A DNA stretch of 64,000 nucleotides from an uncultured Bacilli bacterium (GTDB lineage: Bacteria > Bacillota_I > Bacilli_A > RF39 > UBA660), in the NCBI GenBank assembly GCA_934167885.1, contig CAKPMB010000008.1:65-64064 (forward strand). Direction: 5' to 3'. Under the pieces are notes generated by a model, which was not told where the DNA came from, made no database searches, and saw only the letters and a program-made list of their open reading frames with translations. This document shows, piece by piece, positions 38,608 to 48,556 of the stretch; within the stretch, counting starts at the first letter, position 1, and each line of letters begins with the position of its first letter. The position numbers were made by a program, and so were the translations under genes.

Positions 38608-39768
38608 ATGATAGAAAAAGAATTTAGTTTAATTACATTAGTAATTTATATAGTTATGGCTTTAATTATGGCTTTTTTATTTAAAAAGGCTATTTGGTCT
38701 AAAAACAATAAAAAAACCTTTAAAATAGGCAGTTATGATATCAATTTTAAATATTTTTATTATTTGTTAATTACATTAATTTTTGTTATATTTTCAAGTT
38801 TTAGATATATATCTGATGGGGTTGGTGGAGCTGATACATATAATTATATAAATTATTTTAAATCCCTTGGTTATGTGCCATTTGATTTGAAAAATACTTT
38901 AATATTTAATGGGTATGAGTATCTATTTTATAATACTATGTTTATTGTAAGAATATTAGGTGGAAATTATCGCATATTTTTAATAGTTATCAATATTTTA
39001 ATGACATCATGTTTAATATATGTTGTTGACCATGAATTTAAAAATGAAAATGATTGGTATTATTTTATTTTATTTTTTCTACTATTATTGAAGAGTTTAA
39101 ATATAGTTCGTAACTGTTTAGCGGCGGGTTTATTTTTTGTATCAGTTTCTCATCTTAATCATAATAATTATAAAAAATCTTTGTTGTTTATTATTCTTGC
39201 TTATTTAAATCATTATATGGCAATTCTTGGCTTTGTTTTAATTTTATTTTATAAATATTTTCCTGAAAAAATATTATTAAATAAAAGAAAAATAGTTATG
39301 TTGAATATTGCTTCAATCGTTATATCAATAGTTTCACTACCTGTTATAAAACTTATTTTACTAAATACTGGTTATTGTGGTTATGTTTCTAAAATGCAGG
39401 TATCATTAATTGGATATATACCTTATATAGCAATATATGTGTTAATGATTTATGATAAAAATTTTATCCATTATTTAAAGAAAAATGCTCATTTTGGCTA
39501 TTATAAAATAATGTATTTTTTAAGTTTGGTATTGCCATTATTTATGATTATGAATGCCGCTAATCGTATCTTACTATTATTTGAAGTGCCTATTGTGGTT
39601 ATTTTGGTAGATATTATTAATTATTATATAAAAAAAGTGCCATATCATTATCATAAATTATATAAATGTTTTTGTATTTCAATTGTATTTTGTTATTATA
39701 TATTTAGAATTTTAAGAATTTGGGATGGTTATGGATTAATGCCATACTATAACATAATTTTTATGTAG
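38608..39768 (+). CDS. EpsG/Wzy-type polysaccharide polymerase (multi-TM)
   Basis: 386-aa polytopic membrane protein; EpsG-like 'RNCLAAGLFF' region. Confidence 0.55.
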   Translation: MIEKEFSLITLVIYIVMALIMAFLFKKAIWSKNNKKTFKIGSYDINFKYFYYLLITLIFVIFSSFRYISDGVGGADTYNYINYFKSLGYVPFDLKNTLIFNGYEYLFYNTMFIVRILGGNYRIFLIVINILMTSCLIYVVDHEFKNENDWYYFILFFLLLLKSLNIVRNCLAAGLFFVSVSHLNHNNYKKSLLFIILAYLNHYMAILGFVLILFYKYFPEKILLNKRKIVMLNIASIVISIVSLPVIKLILLNTGYCGYVSKMQVSLIGYIPYIAIYVLMIYDKNFIHYLKKNAHFGYYKIMYFLSLVLPLFMIMNAANRILLLFEVPIVVILVDIINYYIKKVPYHYHKLYKCFCISIVFCYYIFRILRIWDGYGLMPYYNIIFM

Positions 39769-39776
39769 GTGAAGTT

Positions 39777-40874
39777 ATGAAGATTGTAGTTTTAATGGGG
39801 GCAATTAAGATGGGAGGAGCCGAGAGAGTAGCTGTGACTTTATCTTCTTATCTCGCTCAAAGAGTCGATACTTACTTAATTTGTTTTGATAAAAATGAAC
39901 CAAGCTATGAAATAAATAAAAATATTAAATTTATTAATAATAAAGAGAACTATAATAGTAAAGTATCAGGTATTTGTGGAAGAATAAAGTTTTTGAAGAA
40001 GACTTTACAAGAAATAAAGCCAGATATTATTTTTACGATGTTTTATGATATAAACATATATGCTTTAATTTATAAGATGTTATTTAATCATAAAGTTAAA
40101 ATAATTTCATCTGAACGTTGTAATCCACACGAAATTAGTCGTCTATCACGATTTTTAAGCTATTCGTCATCATTGTTTTGTAATGGTTTTGTTTTTCAAA
40201 CGACACAAGCTCAAGGAATGTATCCTAAAATAACTCAAAGGAAGAGTGTAGTTATTCATAATGCCATAAGTAATCCGCTTTTAAATGATATTGATCTTTC
40301 TAAAATAAATAAAACCAAAACTATTACAACTATGGGGCGTCTTGAAAGACAAAAAGACCATGAAACGATGATTAAGGCATGTATTCCTGTTTTCAAACAG
40401 TATCCTAATTATAAATTAATGATTTATGGTGAAGGTAGTAAACGAGATAGCCTTACAAAGTTAATTAAAGATAACAATTTAGAAAAAAATGTTTTTTTAG
40501 AAGGTAATAAGCAAGATGCTATAAAGTATGTGGCATCTAGTGAAATTTTTTTATTAACATCACTTTATGAAGGTATGCCCAATGCTTTGATGGAAGCCAT
40601 GGCTCTTGGTATTCCCTCTATTTCAACTGATTGTGAAATGGGGCCTAGTGAACTAATTATAGATGGTGTGAATGGTTTTTTAGTTCCAGTAGGTGATGTT
40701 TCATCTATAACTAATCGAATATTGAATCTTTTGAAAGATGCAAAATTAAGAAAGAAAATATCAAATAATTGTCTTAAAATAAGAGAAAGTCATTCAATTG
40801 ATAAAATATATGGTATGTATTTAAATTATTTTATGAAAGTAAAGGGTGATGAGAATGAGAAGAAGAATATTTAA
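39777..40874 (+). CDS. Family 4 glycosyltransferase
   Basis: 'MGGAERV' and 'TSLYEGMPNALMEAMALGIP'. Confidence 0.8.
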   Translation: MKIVVLMGAIKMGGAERVAVTLSSYLAQRVDTYLICFDKNEPSYEINKNIKFINNKENYNSKVSGICGRIKFLKKTLQEIKPDIIFTMFYDINIYALIYKMLFNHKVKIISSERCNPHEISRLSRFLSYSSSLFCNGFVFQTTQAQGMYPKITQRKSVVIHNAISNPLLNDIDLSKINKTKTITTMGRLERQKDHETMIKACIPVFKQYPNYKLMIYGEGSKRDSLTKLIKDNNLEKNVFLEGNKQDAIKYVASSEIFLLTSLYEGMPNALMEAMALGIPSISTDCEMGPSELIIDGVNGFLVPVGDVSSITNRILNLLKDAKLRKKISNNCLKIRESHSIDKIYGMYLNYFMKVKGDENEKKNI

Positions 40875-41742
40875 TGCCCTAAGACGCCGTCATTTTTTTG
40901 ACTGGATGAGTGATAGAGCATATTTAAAATTAATGTATTTTGTAATTATGGGAAGAAGATTGGATTTAAAAAATCCTAAAACTTTTAATGAAAAATTACA
41001 ATGGTTAAAGTTATACAATCGTAAAGATATTTATACCAAAATGGTTGATAAATATGATGTAAAAAAATATGTTGAAGATGTTTGTGGTAGTGAATATGTT
41101 ATTAAAACTCTTGGTGTATATGAAAATTTTGATGATATCAATTTTGACTTGTTACCTAATAAATTTGTCATTAAATGCACGCATGATTCTGGTGGTGTTT
41201 GTGTTTGTAAAGATAAGCAAAATTTTGATATTTTATCAGCCCGCCAAAAGATTAATTGTTGTTTAAAAAACAATTTTTTCTACACAGGACGCGAATGGCC
41301 ATATAAAAATGTCAAACCACGAATCATTGTTGAAGAATATCTTGAAAATGATAAAAACGAAGATTTAAACGATTACAAACTTATGTGCTTTAATGGTAAG
41401 GTTAAATGTTCATTTGTTTGTAGTGATAGATATAAAAAAGATGGCTTAAAGGTAACTTTTTTTGATACCAAATGGCGTAAGATGCCTTTTGAAAGACATT
41501 ATCCAATGTCTAATGCAAAAATACCAAAGCCAAAGAATTATGCTAAAATGGTTGAACTTGCCGAGAAGTTAGCTCGTGACTTACCATTTGTGCGTATTGA
41601 TTTTTATGAAGTTAAAAATAAAATCTATTTTGGTGAAATAACGTTTTATCCAGGAAATGGCGTAGAAGAGTTTACACCTGAAAAATATGATTATGTATTA
41701 GGTTCATGGATTAATTTAGATGGAGTAAAAAATGAAAAATGA
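40849..41742 (+). CDS. TupA-like ATP-grasp amidoligase
   Basis: 'PKTFNEKLQWLKLYNR', 'FVIKCTHDSGG', 'RIDFYEV...YFGEITFYPGNG'. Confidence 0.6.
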   Translation: MRMRRRIFNALRRRHFFDWMSDRAYLKLMYFVIMGRRLDLKNPKTFNEKLQWLKLYNRKDIYTKMVDKYDVKKYVEDVCGSEYVIKTLGVYENFDDINFDLLPNKFVIKCTHDSGGVCVCKDKQNFDILSARQKINCCLKNNFFYTGREWPYKNVKPRIIVEEYLENDKNEDLNDYKLMCFNGKVKCSFVCSDRYKKDGLKVTFFDTKWRKMPFERHYPMSNAKIPKPKNYAKMVELAEKLARDLPFVRIDFYEVKNKIYFGEITFYPGNGVEEFTPEKYDYVLGSWINLDGVKNEK

Positions 41743-43243
41743 TGTTTTAAAAAATATTGTTTTTTCTATTATTCAACAGATTATAAACATTATATGTGGT
41801 TTTATTGTTCCAAGACTAATTTTGAATACATATGGCTCAAATATAAATGGCATGATAACATCTATTACTCAATTCTTGGGTTATATAACTTTACTAGAAG
41901 CGGGAATTGCACCCGTTGTTAAAGCTTCTTTATATAAACCAATAGTTAATAGTGATAAAAAAACAATTACTAAAATTTTAAGAGCTTCTGAAAAGTTCTT
42001 TAGAACAATTGCGATTGTTTTTATCTTTTATATTATCGTTCTTTGTATTGTATTTCCAAATATATATAGTCCTCAATATGATTATTTGTTTACGCTATCA
42101 CTTATCTTAATTATCTCTATTAGCACTTTTTTTGAATATTTTTTTGGTATGACTTATAACATATATTTACAGGCTATTCAAAAAAATTATGTTGTCTCTA
42201 TTTTAAAAACAATACTTAAAGTATTAAATACCGTTATCGTAGTAGTTTTAGTTTTAAATAATTGTAGTATTCAAGTTGTTAAATTAATAAGTTCTTTAAT
42301 CTTTTTATTGTCACCAATATTTTTAAGCTTCTATGTAAAAAATAAATATCATATTAGTTTAAAAAATGTTGATTCTAAAAATGTTTTAAATAATAAATGG
42401 TCAGGTTTTTCACAACATATTGCGGCTATTTTGTTTAATTCGGTTGATGTTTGTGTTTTAACTTTTGCCACTAATTCTCTAGAAGTCTCTGTTTATGCTG
42501 TTCATATGCTAGTTATTAATAGTATAAAAGAAATTTGTGTATCTTTATCAAGTGGAATAGATGCATGGTTTGGTTCGTCAATTGCTAGTGATAATATTAA
42601 AAAATTAAATGACAATTTAAGTTTGTATGAATTCTTTTTCTTTTCAATCGTCTCATTTTTGTTTGCAGCGACTTTTAGTTTACAGATTCCTTTTATAAAA
42701 GTTTATACTAAAGGAATAACGGATGTTAATTATATAAGGCCTTTATTTGCCTATATTATGATTTTTGCACAATTTTTTGCAGCGATTAGAATTCCATATA
42801 CAGATATTGTTTTAGCTGCTGGACATTTCAAGGAAACACAAAAATATGCATGGATGGAAGTTGTTGTCAATTTGGTTTTATCAATCATTTTGGCCATTAA
42901 ATATGGTATTGTTGGTGTTGCGATAGGCACACTAGTGGCAACATTTATAAGAACATGGCAAATGATGTGCTATTCATCTAAAAAAATTATTAAAAGGCCA
43001 TGCTTAATAGCTTTTAAAAAGTCAATAATTGCTATTTTAGAAATTATTTTAATCTTTGTAATTAATAAAGTTCTTAATTTAAATTTTGCTAACACCTATT
43101 TAGGCTTTATTTTAAGAGGAATCATTACATCTTTCATTGCCATTGTTGTAATATGTCTTGTTGATGCAATTTTCTATCGTGATGATTTTAAAAAATTAAT
43201 TATTAAATTAAAACAAAAATTTAGAAGAGGTCAAAATGAATAA
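41732..43243 (+). CDS. Wzx-type oligosaccharide flippase (polysaccharide biosynthesis protein, 14 TM)
   Basis: 503-aa polytopic protein with MATE-like topology in a polysaccharide locus. Confidence 0.65.
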   Translation: MKNDVLKNIVFSIIQQIINIICGFIVPRLILNTYGSNINGMITSITQFLGYITLLEAGIAPVVKASLYKPIVNSDKKTITKILRASEKFFRTIAIVFIFYIIVLCIVFPNIYSPQYDYLFTLSLILIISISTFFEYFFGMTYNIYLQAIQKNYVVSILKTILKVLNTVIVVVLVLNNCSIQVVKLISSLIFLLSPIFLSFYVKNKYHISLKNVDSKNVLNNKWSGFSQHIAAILFNSVDVCVLTFATNSLEVSVYAVHMLVINSIKEICVSLSSGIDAWFGSSIASDNIKKLNDNLSLYEFFFFSIVSFLFAATFSLQIPFIKVYTKGITDVNYIRPLFAYIMIFAQFFAAIRIPYTDIVLAAGHFKETQKYAWMEVVVNLVLSIILAIKYGIVGVAIGTLVATFIRTWQMMCYSSKKIIKRPCLIAFKKSIIAILEIILIFVINKVLNLNFANTYLGFILRGIITSFIAIVVICLVDAIFYRDDFKKLIIKLKQKFRRGQNE

Positions 43244-44594
43244 TAATGTTTATATAAAAAATACCAAAGATTCTTATGATAATGAAAAATTTAGTCCACA
43301 TGATTTATATCAAGAAGGTATTAATTTAAGTTTAAATAGTGACAAACAAATATACAGTGATATGCGTGATTTATTTAAAATGATGGGTTTGGATAAAGAA
43401 CATATGGATACTTGTGACTGGAATCCTTTTGGTGGTTTCATAAAGCCTAATGATAAGGTTTTAATTAAACCCAATTTAGTTATGCATCAAAATAAAGTTG
43501 GCACTATAGACTGTATGATAACGAACTTTTCCATAATTCGTCCTATTATTGATTATACAATTATTGCTTTAAAAGGGCAGGGTGAAATTATTGTTGGTGA
43601 TGCTCCCGTTCAAGATTGTGATTTTTCCAAATTAAAATTGATTAATGATTTAGAACAGAATATTTTAGTATATCAAAAAGTATTTAAAAATATTCGCTTG
43701 GTTGATTTTCGTAAAAATCAAAATAGTGATATTGAATGTATTACTGTCAATTTAGGGAACAATAGTGCTTTTAGTGAATTAGATGATGTTCAAAAAGAAT
43801 ATTCAATAACCAATTATAATTTAAGTCTTATGAACGCTCATCACTCTAAAGGTGTTCATGAATATATCATTCCTAAAGATGTATTGTCCGCTGATGTTAT
43901 TATTAATGTTCCTAAACCTAAAACTCATCGTAAAGCTGGCATGACAGCGTGTATGAAAAATTTTGTTGGAATAAATGGTAATAAAGAATGTCTTCCTCAT
44001 CATCGAAGTGGTGGCCCATCTAAAAATGGTGATGAATTTCCTGAAGATAACGTCATCAAAAATAGTTTCTCATGGATATCGAAATATACTTATAAACATA
44101 ATAAGGTTATTAATTTTTTAAGAAAAGGTTTATCTTTTACTATTTCTAAGATGGGAATGGGTAGATATAAAGAAGGATCATGGTATGGTAACGATACTAT
44201 ATGGCGCACAATAATTGATTTAAATAAATTGATTATGTATACCGATAAAAATGGTTTATTAACAAACACACCCAAGAGAAAAATATTTAATATATGTGAT
44301 ATGGTTATAAGTGGTGAAGGAGAGGGACCACTTCTTCCAAGTGATAAAAAAGTTGGTCTTATAGTATGTTCTTATAATCAATTAAATTGTGATTATACTA
44401 TCGCTCAAATTATGGGCTTTAATCCCTATAAATTTAAATATATAAAGAATGGTTATAAATTAAATAAATTAGTAATATCCAAAAGTCCTAAATTTAAAAT
44501 CATTGATGAAAAAGGTATTGTTAAAAAGATGGAAGTTTATAATAAAAATTTTACCCCAACTGATGGTTATAAAGATTATTTAAAAGGAAAGTAG
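43236..44594 (+). CDS. DUF362 domain-containing protein
   Basis: 'VLIKPNLVMHQNKVGTIDCMITNFSIIRPIIDYTIIALKGQGEIIVGDAPVQDC'. Confidence 0.5.
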   Translation: MNNNVYIKNTKDSYDNEKFSPHDLYQEGINLSLNSDKQIYSDMRDLFKMMGLDKEHMDTCDWNPFGGFIKPNDKVLIKPNLVMHQNKVGTIDCMITNFSIIRPIIDYTIIALKGQGEIIVGDAPVQDCDFSKLKLINDLEQNILVYQKVFKNIRLVDFRKNQNSDIECITVNLGNNSAFSELDDVQKEYSITNYNLSLMNAHHSKGVHEYIIPKDVLSADVIINVPKPKTHRKAGMTACMKNFVGINGNKECLPHHRSGGPSKNGDEFPEDNVIKNSFSWISKYTYKHNKVINFLRKGLSFTISKMGMGRYKEGSWYGNDTIWRTIIDLNKLIMYTDKNGLLTNTPKRKIFNICDMVISGEGEGPLLPSDKKVGLIVCSYNQLNCDYTIAQIMGFNPYKFKYIKNGYKLNKLVISKSPKFKIIDEKGIVKKMEVYNKNFTPTDGYKDYLKGK

Positions 44595-44595
44595 T

Positions 44596-45474
44596 ATGTG
44601 GTTAGTTTGTGCAATTTTAACATTTATTATATGGGGAACGGCTGATTTATTTTATAAAAAAAGTAATTTGGAAGAAGAAGCTGATAGTCATTTAAAAACT
44701 AGTATTGTTGTTGGCATAGTGATGGGAATGCATGCCATCATATATTATTTTGTCAATCATGTTTCTATCTCTTTTATGGATATAATTAAGTATTTACCGG
44801 TATCACTTTGTTATATGATATCAATGATAATTGGCTATAAAGGATTACGTTACATTGATTTATCAATATCATCGCCAATTCAAAATACTTCAGGTTTTAT
44901 TACCAGTATTCTTTTATGTATTATTTTTAAAGAAGTTTTATCCATTAATCAAATAATGGGATTATTATGCATGTTTTTAGGTGTTGTTATTATTACAATA
45001 GTTGAATTAAAAAAAGACAATGCAAAGAAAAAAATATTTTCCCATTTTAAAATATGGATAGTTTTATTTCCAATTATTTATTCTGTAATTGATGGCCTTG
45101 GAACGTTTTTAGATGCTATATATTTAGATAAATTAAAACTTATAAGTGAAGATGCGGCTTTAGTGTCATATGAGTTTACATTTTTTATATATGCCTTAAT
45201 AATGACTGTATATTTAGTCGTATTAAAAAAAAATTCTATTAAGTTTTTATTAGATAAAAACAAATTATGTGCCTCAATTTTTGAAACAATTGGTCAATGG
45301 GTATATGTTTATGCAATCGTTAGTCATTCTGAAATATCTATTCCTATTGTTTCATGCTATAGTTTCTTTTCTATATTTCTATCTCATCTTGTGCTTAAAG
45401 AAAAATTAAATATTTATGAAAAAGTTGGTATTTTAATTATTTTTATTGGCATTATAATTTTGTCTATTATGTAA
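44596..45474 (+). CDS. EamA/DMT-family transporter
   Basis: 10-TM protein of 292 aa with two EamA-like halves. Confidence 0.55.
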   Translation: MWLVCAILTFIIWGTADLFYKKSNLEEEADSHLKTSIVVGIVMGMHAIIYYFVNHVSISFMDIIKYLPVSLCYMISMIIGYKGLRYIDLSISSPIQNTSGFITSILLCIIFKEVLSINQIMGLLCMFLGVVIITIVELKKDNAKKKIFSHFKIWIVLFPIIYSVIDGLGTFLDAIYLDKLKLISEDAALVSYEFTFFIYALIMTVYLVVLKKNSIKFLLDKNKLCASIFETIGQWVYVYAIVSHSEISIPIVSCYSFFSIFLSHLVLKEKLNIYEKVGILIIFIGIIILSIM

Positions 45475-45523
45475 AAATATGTCCATCTTTTCTTTTTATA
45501 ATAATTAAATGATATAATTAACT

Positions 45524-46276
45524 ATGAAGATAGAGGGTAGGATGGAAGAAAAATTGGGTGTGTTGTTTAAAAAATATGTGAAGTATTTTGTAAAGGAATA
45601 TAGCGATTATTTGAATAAGGACCAATTGGAAATAATAAAGAATATTGATTATAATAAAGTAATCAAACTAACTGATAATCATCTTCCAGTTGGCATTATT
45701 GATTATTCTACTATATATGTGTCTCGTAATTTAGTTCATGGTAATAATAGTTTAGTTAATACCGAATGGATAAATAATAAAAATTACATGAGTTATTTAA
45801 AATATATTAATCAATTAAACTATGATACATATCATTATTATCAAGATCAGTTAATGTTTTTATTGTTTAAATTGGTTATTGATAATGATTCAGGATTAAT
45901 TAATGGTTTTATTAATTATGAAGTAAATAATCTACGAAGAAAATATAATTTTCAAGCAGTTAATTTATATAAAAGAGAAGAAGTTATTAGTATTAAAGTT
46001 GTTAAATTGTTTGGCCGTGATATTTGTCGTAAGATTATGTTTATGGATATGCCAACAGCGTTTAAATATTTAAATGATAATTTAGGTTATCGGTATGCAG
46101 AATTTTATTATCAACTTACTAAATTAGTTGATGATGTCTTTGATAAAGTTAATAAAAAAAGTTATGATGAACCAGATGGTTTATTAAAGTATGCTAATGA
46201 TTATGATCATTTGTTATATGGTGATGTTTATAATTATTTGCTAGATTTTAGCATTAATAATTCATTAAGTATATGA
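45524..46276 (+). CDS. Hypothetical protein (alternative start at 45542)
   Basis: ORF with no motifs. Confidence 0.45.
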   Translation: MKIEGRMEEKLGVLFKKYVKYFVKEYSDYLNKDQLEIIKNIDYNKVIKLTDNHLPVGIIDYSTIYVSRNLVHGNNSLVNTEWINNKNYMSYLKYINQLNYDTYHYYQDQLMFLLFKLVIDNDSGLINGFINYEVNNLRRKYNFQAVNLYKREEVISIKVVKLFGRDICRKIMFMDMPTAFKYLNDNLGYRYAEFYYQLTKLVDDVFDKVNKKSYDEPDGLLKYANDYDHLLYGDVYNYLLDFSINNSLSI

Positions 46277-46343
46277 GTAAAGAAAATTTACTCTTTTTTT
46301 ATAATATTTTTGCTTTTGCTTCATAATATTTAATGGTGATTAT

Positions 46344-46811
46344 ATGTTAAAAAAGTATAAGGATTTAATTATTTCAATAGCTTTTCCATTAATTATAAGT
46401 TTTATTATTGCTTTAATTACTAGAAGTGGTATTGATAATCTTGATAATCTTACAAAGCCCAGTTTTATGCCTCCTAATATGTTATTTGGTATTGTTTGGA
46501 CCATATTATATATTTTATTGGGAGTAAGTAGTTATTTAATTAAAAAATCTTATTCTTGTTATAGCAATACATGTCTTTTAATTTATTATACGCAGTTATT
46601 TGTAAACTTTATGTGGCCAATTATTTTCTTTTCCTTAGAATTACGACTTTTTGCTTTTATTTGGATACTTCTTTTAGATTTATTGGTTATATATATGATA
46701 TGGTGTTTTTATGGTATAAAAAAAGAAGCTGCTTATATCTTGATACCATATGTTTTATGGCTTATATTTGCAACATTCTTAAATTATAATTTTTATATAT
46801 TGAATAGATAA
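46344..46811 (+). CDS. tspO: TspO/MBR-family tryptophan-rich sensory protein
   Basis: 'PSFMPPNMLFGIVWTILYILLGVS' and Trp-rich TM helices; 155 aa. Confidence 0.75.
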   Translation: MLKKYKDLIISIAFPLIISFIIALITRSGIDNLDNLTKPSFMPPNMLFGIVWTILYILLGVSSYLIKKSYSCYSNTCLLIYYTQLFVNFMWPIIFFSLELRLFAFIWILLLDLLVIYMIWCFYGIKKEAAYILIPYVLWLIFATFLNYNFYILNR

Positions 46812-46845
46812 GGAGATAAGGTTACTTATCTATTTTTTTTGTTTT
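46805..46845. terminator. Bidirectional terminator hairpin between tspO and the convergent ligase gene
   Basis: AGATAAG...CTTATCT followed by T-runs. Confidence 0.5.
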
Positions 46846-48556
46846 TTTCTTGTTCTTCAAGTTCTTTGTAAGCAACTTTACCAACTAAGGTTTTAGGTAA
46901 ATCATCTCTAAATTCGTATTCGTATGGAAGGGCGTATTTGGAGATGTTTTTGGCACAATATTCTTTAATGCTTTTTAGCGTATCATTGTTAGGTTTGAAA
47001 CCTGGATTTAAAACAATAAAGGCTTTAGCAACTTCTACTTTATATGGATGTGGAATACCAATAACGGTTGAAAAAGCTACCGCTTCGTGTTTATCAAGAA
47101 CGTCTTCAATTTGGCTTGGATAAATATTATAGCCACTTGAAACAATCATTCTTTTTAAACGTTGTTCAAAGAAGACAAAACCTTCTTCATCCATATGGCC
47201 AATATCACCAGTATGTAACCATAAAAGACCATCTTCATGCGTTCTTAAAGTCTGCATAGTTTCTTCAACGTCATTTAAATATCCCAACATAACGGTTGGT
47301 CCATTTATACAAATTTCACCATCAACACCTCTTGGGACTTCTTCATGCGTGCCTATTTTAACAATTTTAAAATGCATATCAGGGAAGGGGATACCAATAC
47401 AATGTTCACGCATTTCATCTCTTAAACTAAGACAGCAGGCAGAAGAACTTTCCGTTAAGCCATATCCAACTCTAACCTTTGCAAGAGATCCACGTTCATA
47501 AAGGAAAGCATCAACTTTTCTTTTTAATTCAGTGGACATAGTATCACCACCTGAAATAATATTTTTAACATCTTTAAAACTTATTTTTTTAAATTCTTTA
47601 GCGTTAGTTAATGTTTCAAAAAGAGTAGGGACACCAACTAAGAAATTAGGATGATATGTTTTAATTAAGTGTTTCATATCTTTAAATTTAAAACTTGGAA
47701 TTAATACACAACGCATACCAATACATAATGTGGTATGAATACATACTCCTAAGCCAAAACCATGAAATATTGGTAAGATACAAAGAATCGTATCACCCTT
47801 ATCATTAGGCGTAGCCATGGCTTTAGCTTGCTCGGCTAAGGCATTAAAATTATAGTTTGATAACAAGATGCCTTTTGATTTACCAGTTGTTCCTCCACTA
47901 TATAAGATAATCGCTGGATCATTTTTATCTTTCTTGGCAATATATGGATCATGATAAGCATTTTTATAACTTATTAATTCTTGCCAAGTAATTATTAAGT
48001 CACTAATAGGAATTTTGTTTTTTCGTCCTTTAGCAAGCCAATACATAAATTTTTTGGGTAGTTGCATCGTATTTCCAGGACTTACAACAATAATCGTGCG
48101 CACTTTGGTTTGACTAATAATAGGTAATATTTTATCAATAACCACGTCTACCATTAACATTCTGGTAGTGTTAGACATTTGAAGATAATGGAGTATTTCA
48201 TTTTCACTCGATAGAGGATGCACCATATTGGCGATGCAACCAATCATGTTAATAGCATAAAACATGGTAATGGCTTCTGGCATATTAGGTGTGCATATTG
48301 TAATAACTTCACCTTCTTGTGTTCCAAGAGCTTTAAGAGACTTAGCACATTCATTGATGTCTTTAATAAAACGTTGATATGTTACTTGATGGCCAAAGTA
48401 TTCATAAGCGATGTAGTTAGGATGATCGTTGGCTGTTTCAAATAAATGTTCATAAATCATGCCTTCTGGATATTTTAGGTTACTTACACCTTTACCATAG
48501 TATTTATCAATTAAATTATGATTTTCTTTCTCTAGGTTCTTTAATGATTTTTTCAC
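46826..48556 (-). CDS. AMP-binding acyl-CoA synthetase/ligase (GTG start preceded by AAGGAGG)
   Basis: 'YSGGTTGKSKGI', 'GYGLTE', 'LHTGDIG', 'KVAYKEL'. The longer ORF-track start at 48631 was rejected in favour of the internal GTG that has a perfect RBS. Confidence 0.75.
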   Translation of the reverse strand: MKKSLKNLEKENHNLIDKYYGKGVSNLKYPEGMIYEHLFETANDHPNYIAYEYFGHQVTYQRFIKDINECAKSLKALGTQEGEVITICTPNMPEAITMFYAINMIGCIANMVHPLSSENEILHYLQMSNTTRMLMVDVVIDKILPIISQTKVRTIIVVSPGNTMQLPKKFMYWLAKGRKNKIPISDLIITWQELISYKNAYHDPYIAKKDKNDPAIILYSGGTTGKSKGILLSNYNFNALAEQAKAMATPNDKGDTILCILPIFHGFGLGVCIHTTLCIGMRCVLIPSFKFKDMKHLIKTYHPNFLVGVPTLFETLTNAKEFKKISFKDVKNIISGGDTMSTELKRKVDAFLYERGSLAKVRVGYGLTESSSACCLSLRDEMREHCIGIPFPDMHFKIVKIGTHEEVPRGVDGEICINGPTVMLGYLNDVEETMQTLRTHEDGLLWLHTGDIGHMDEEGFVFFEQRLKRMIVSSGYNIYPSQIEDVLDKHEAVAFSTVIGIPHPYKVEVAKAFIVLNPGFKPNNDTLKSIKEYCAKNISKYALPYEYEFRDDLPKTLVGKVAYKELEEQEKNKKNR

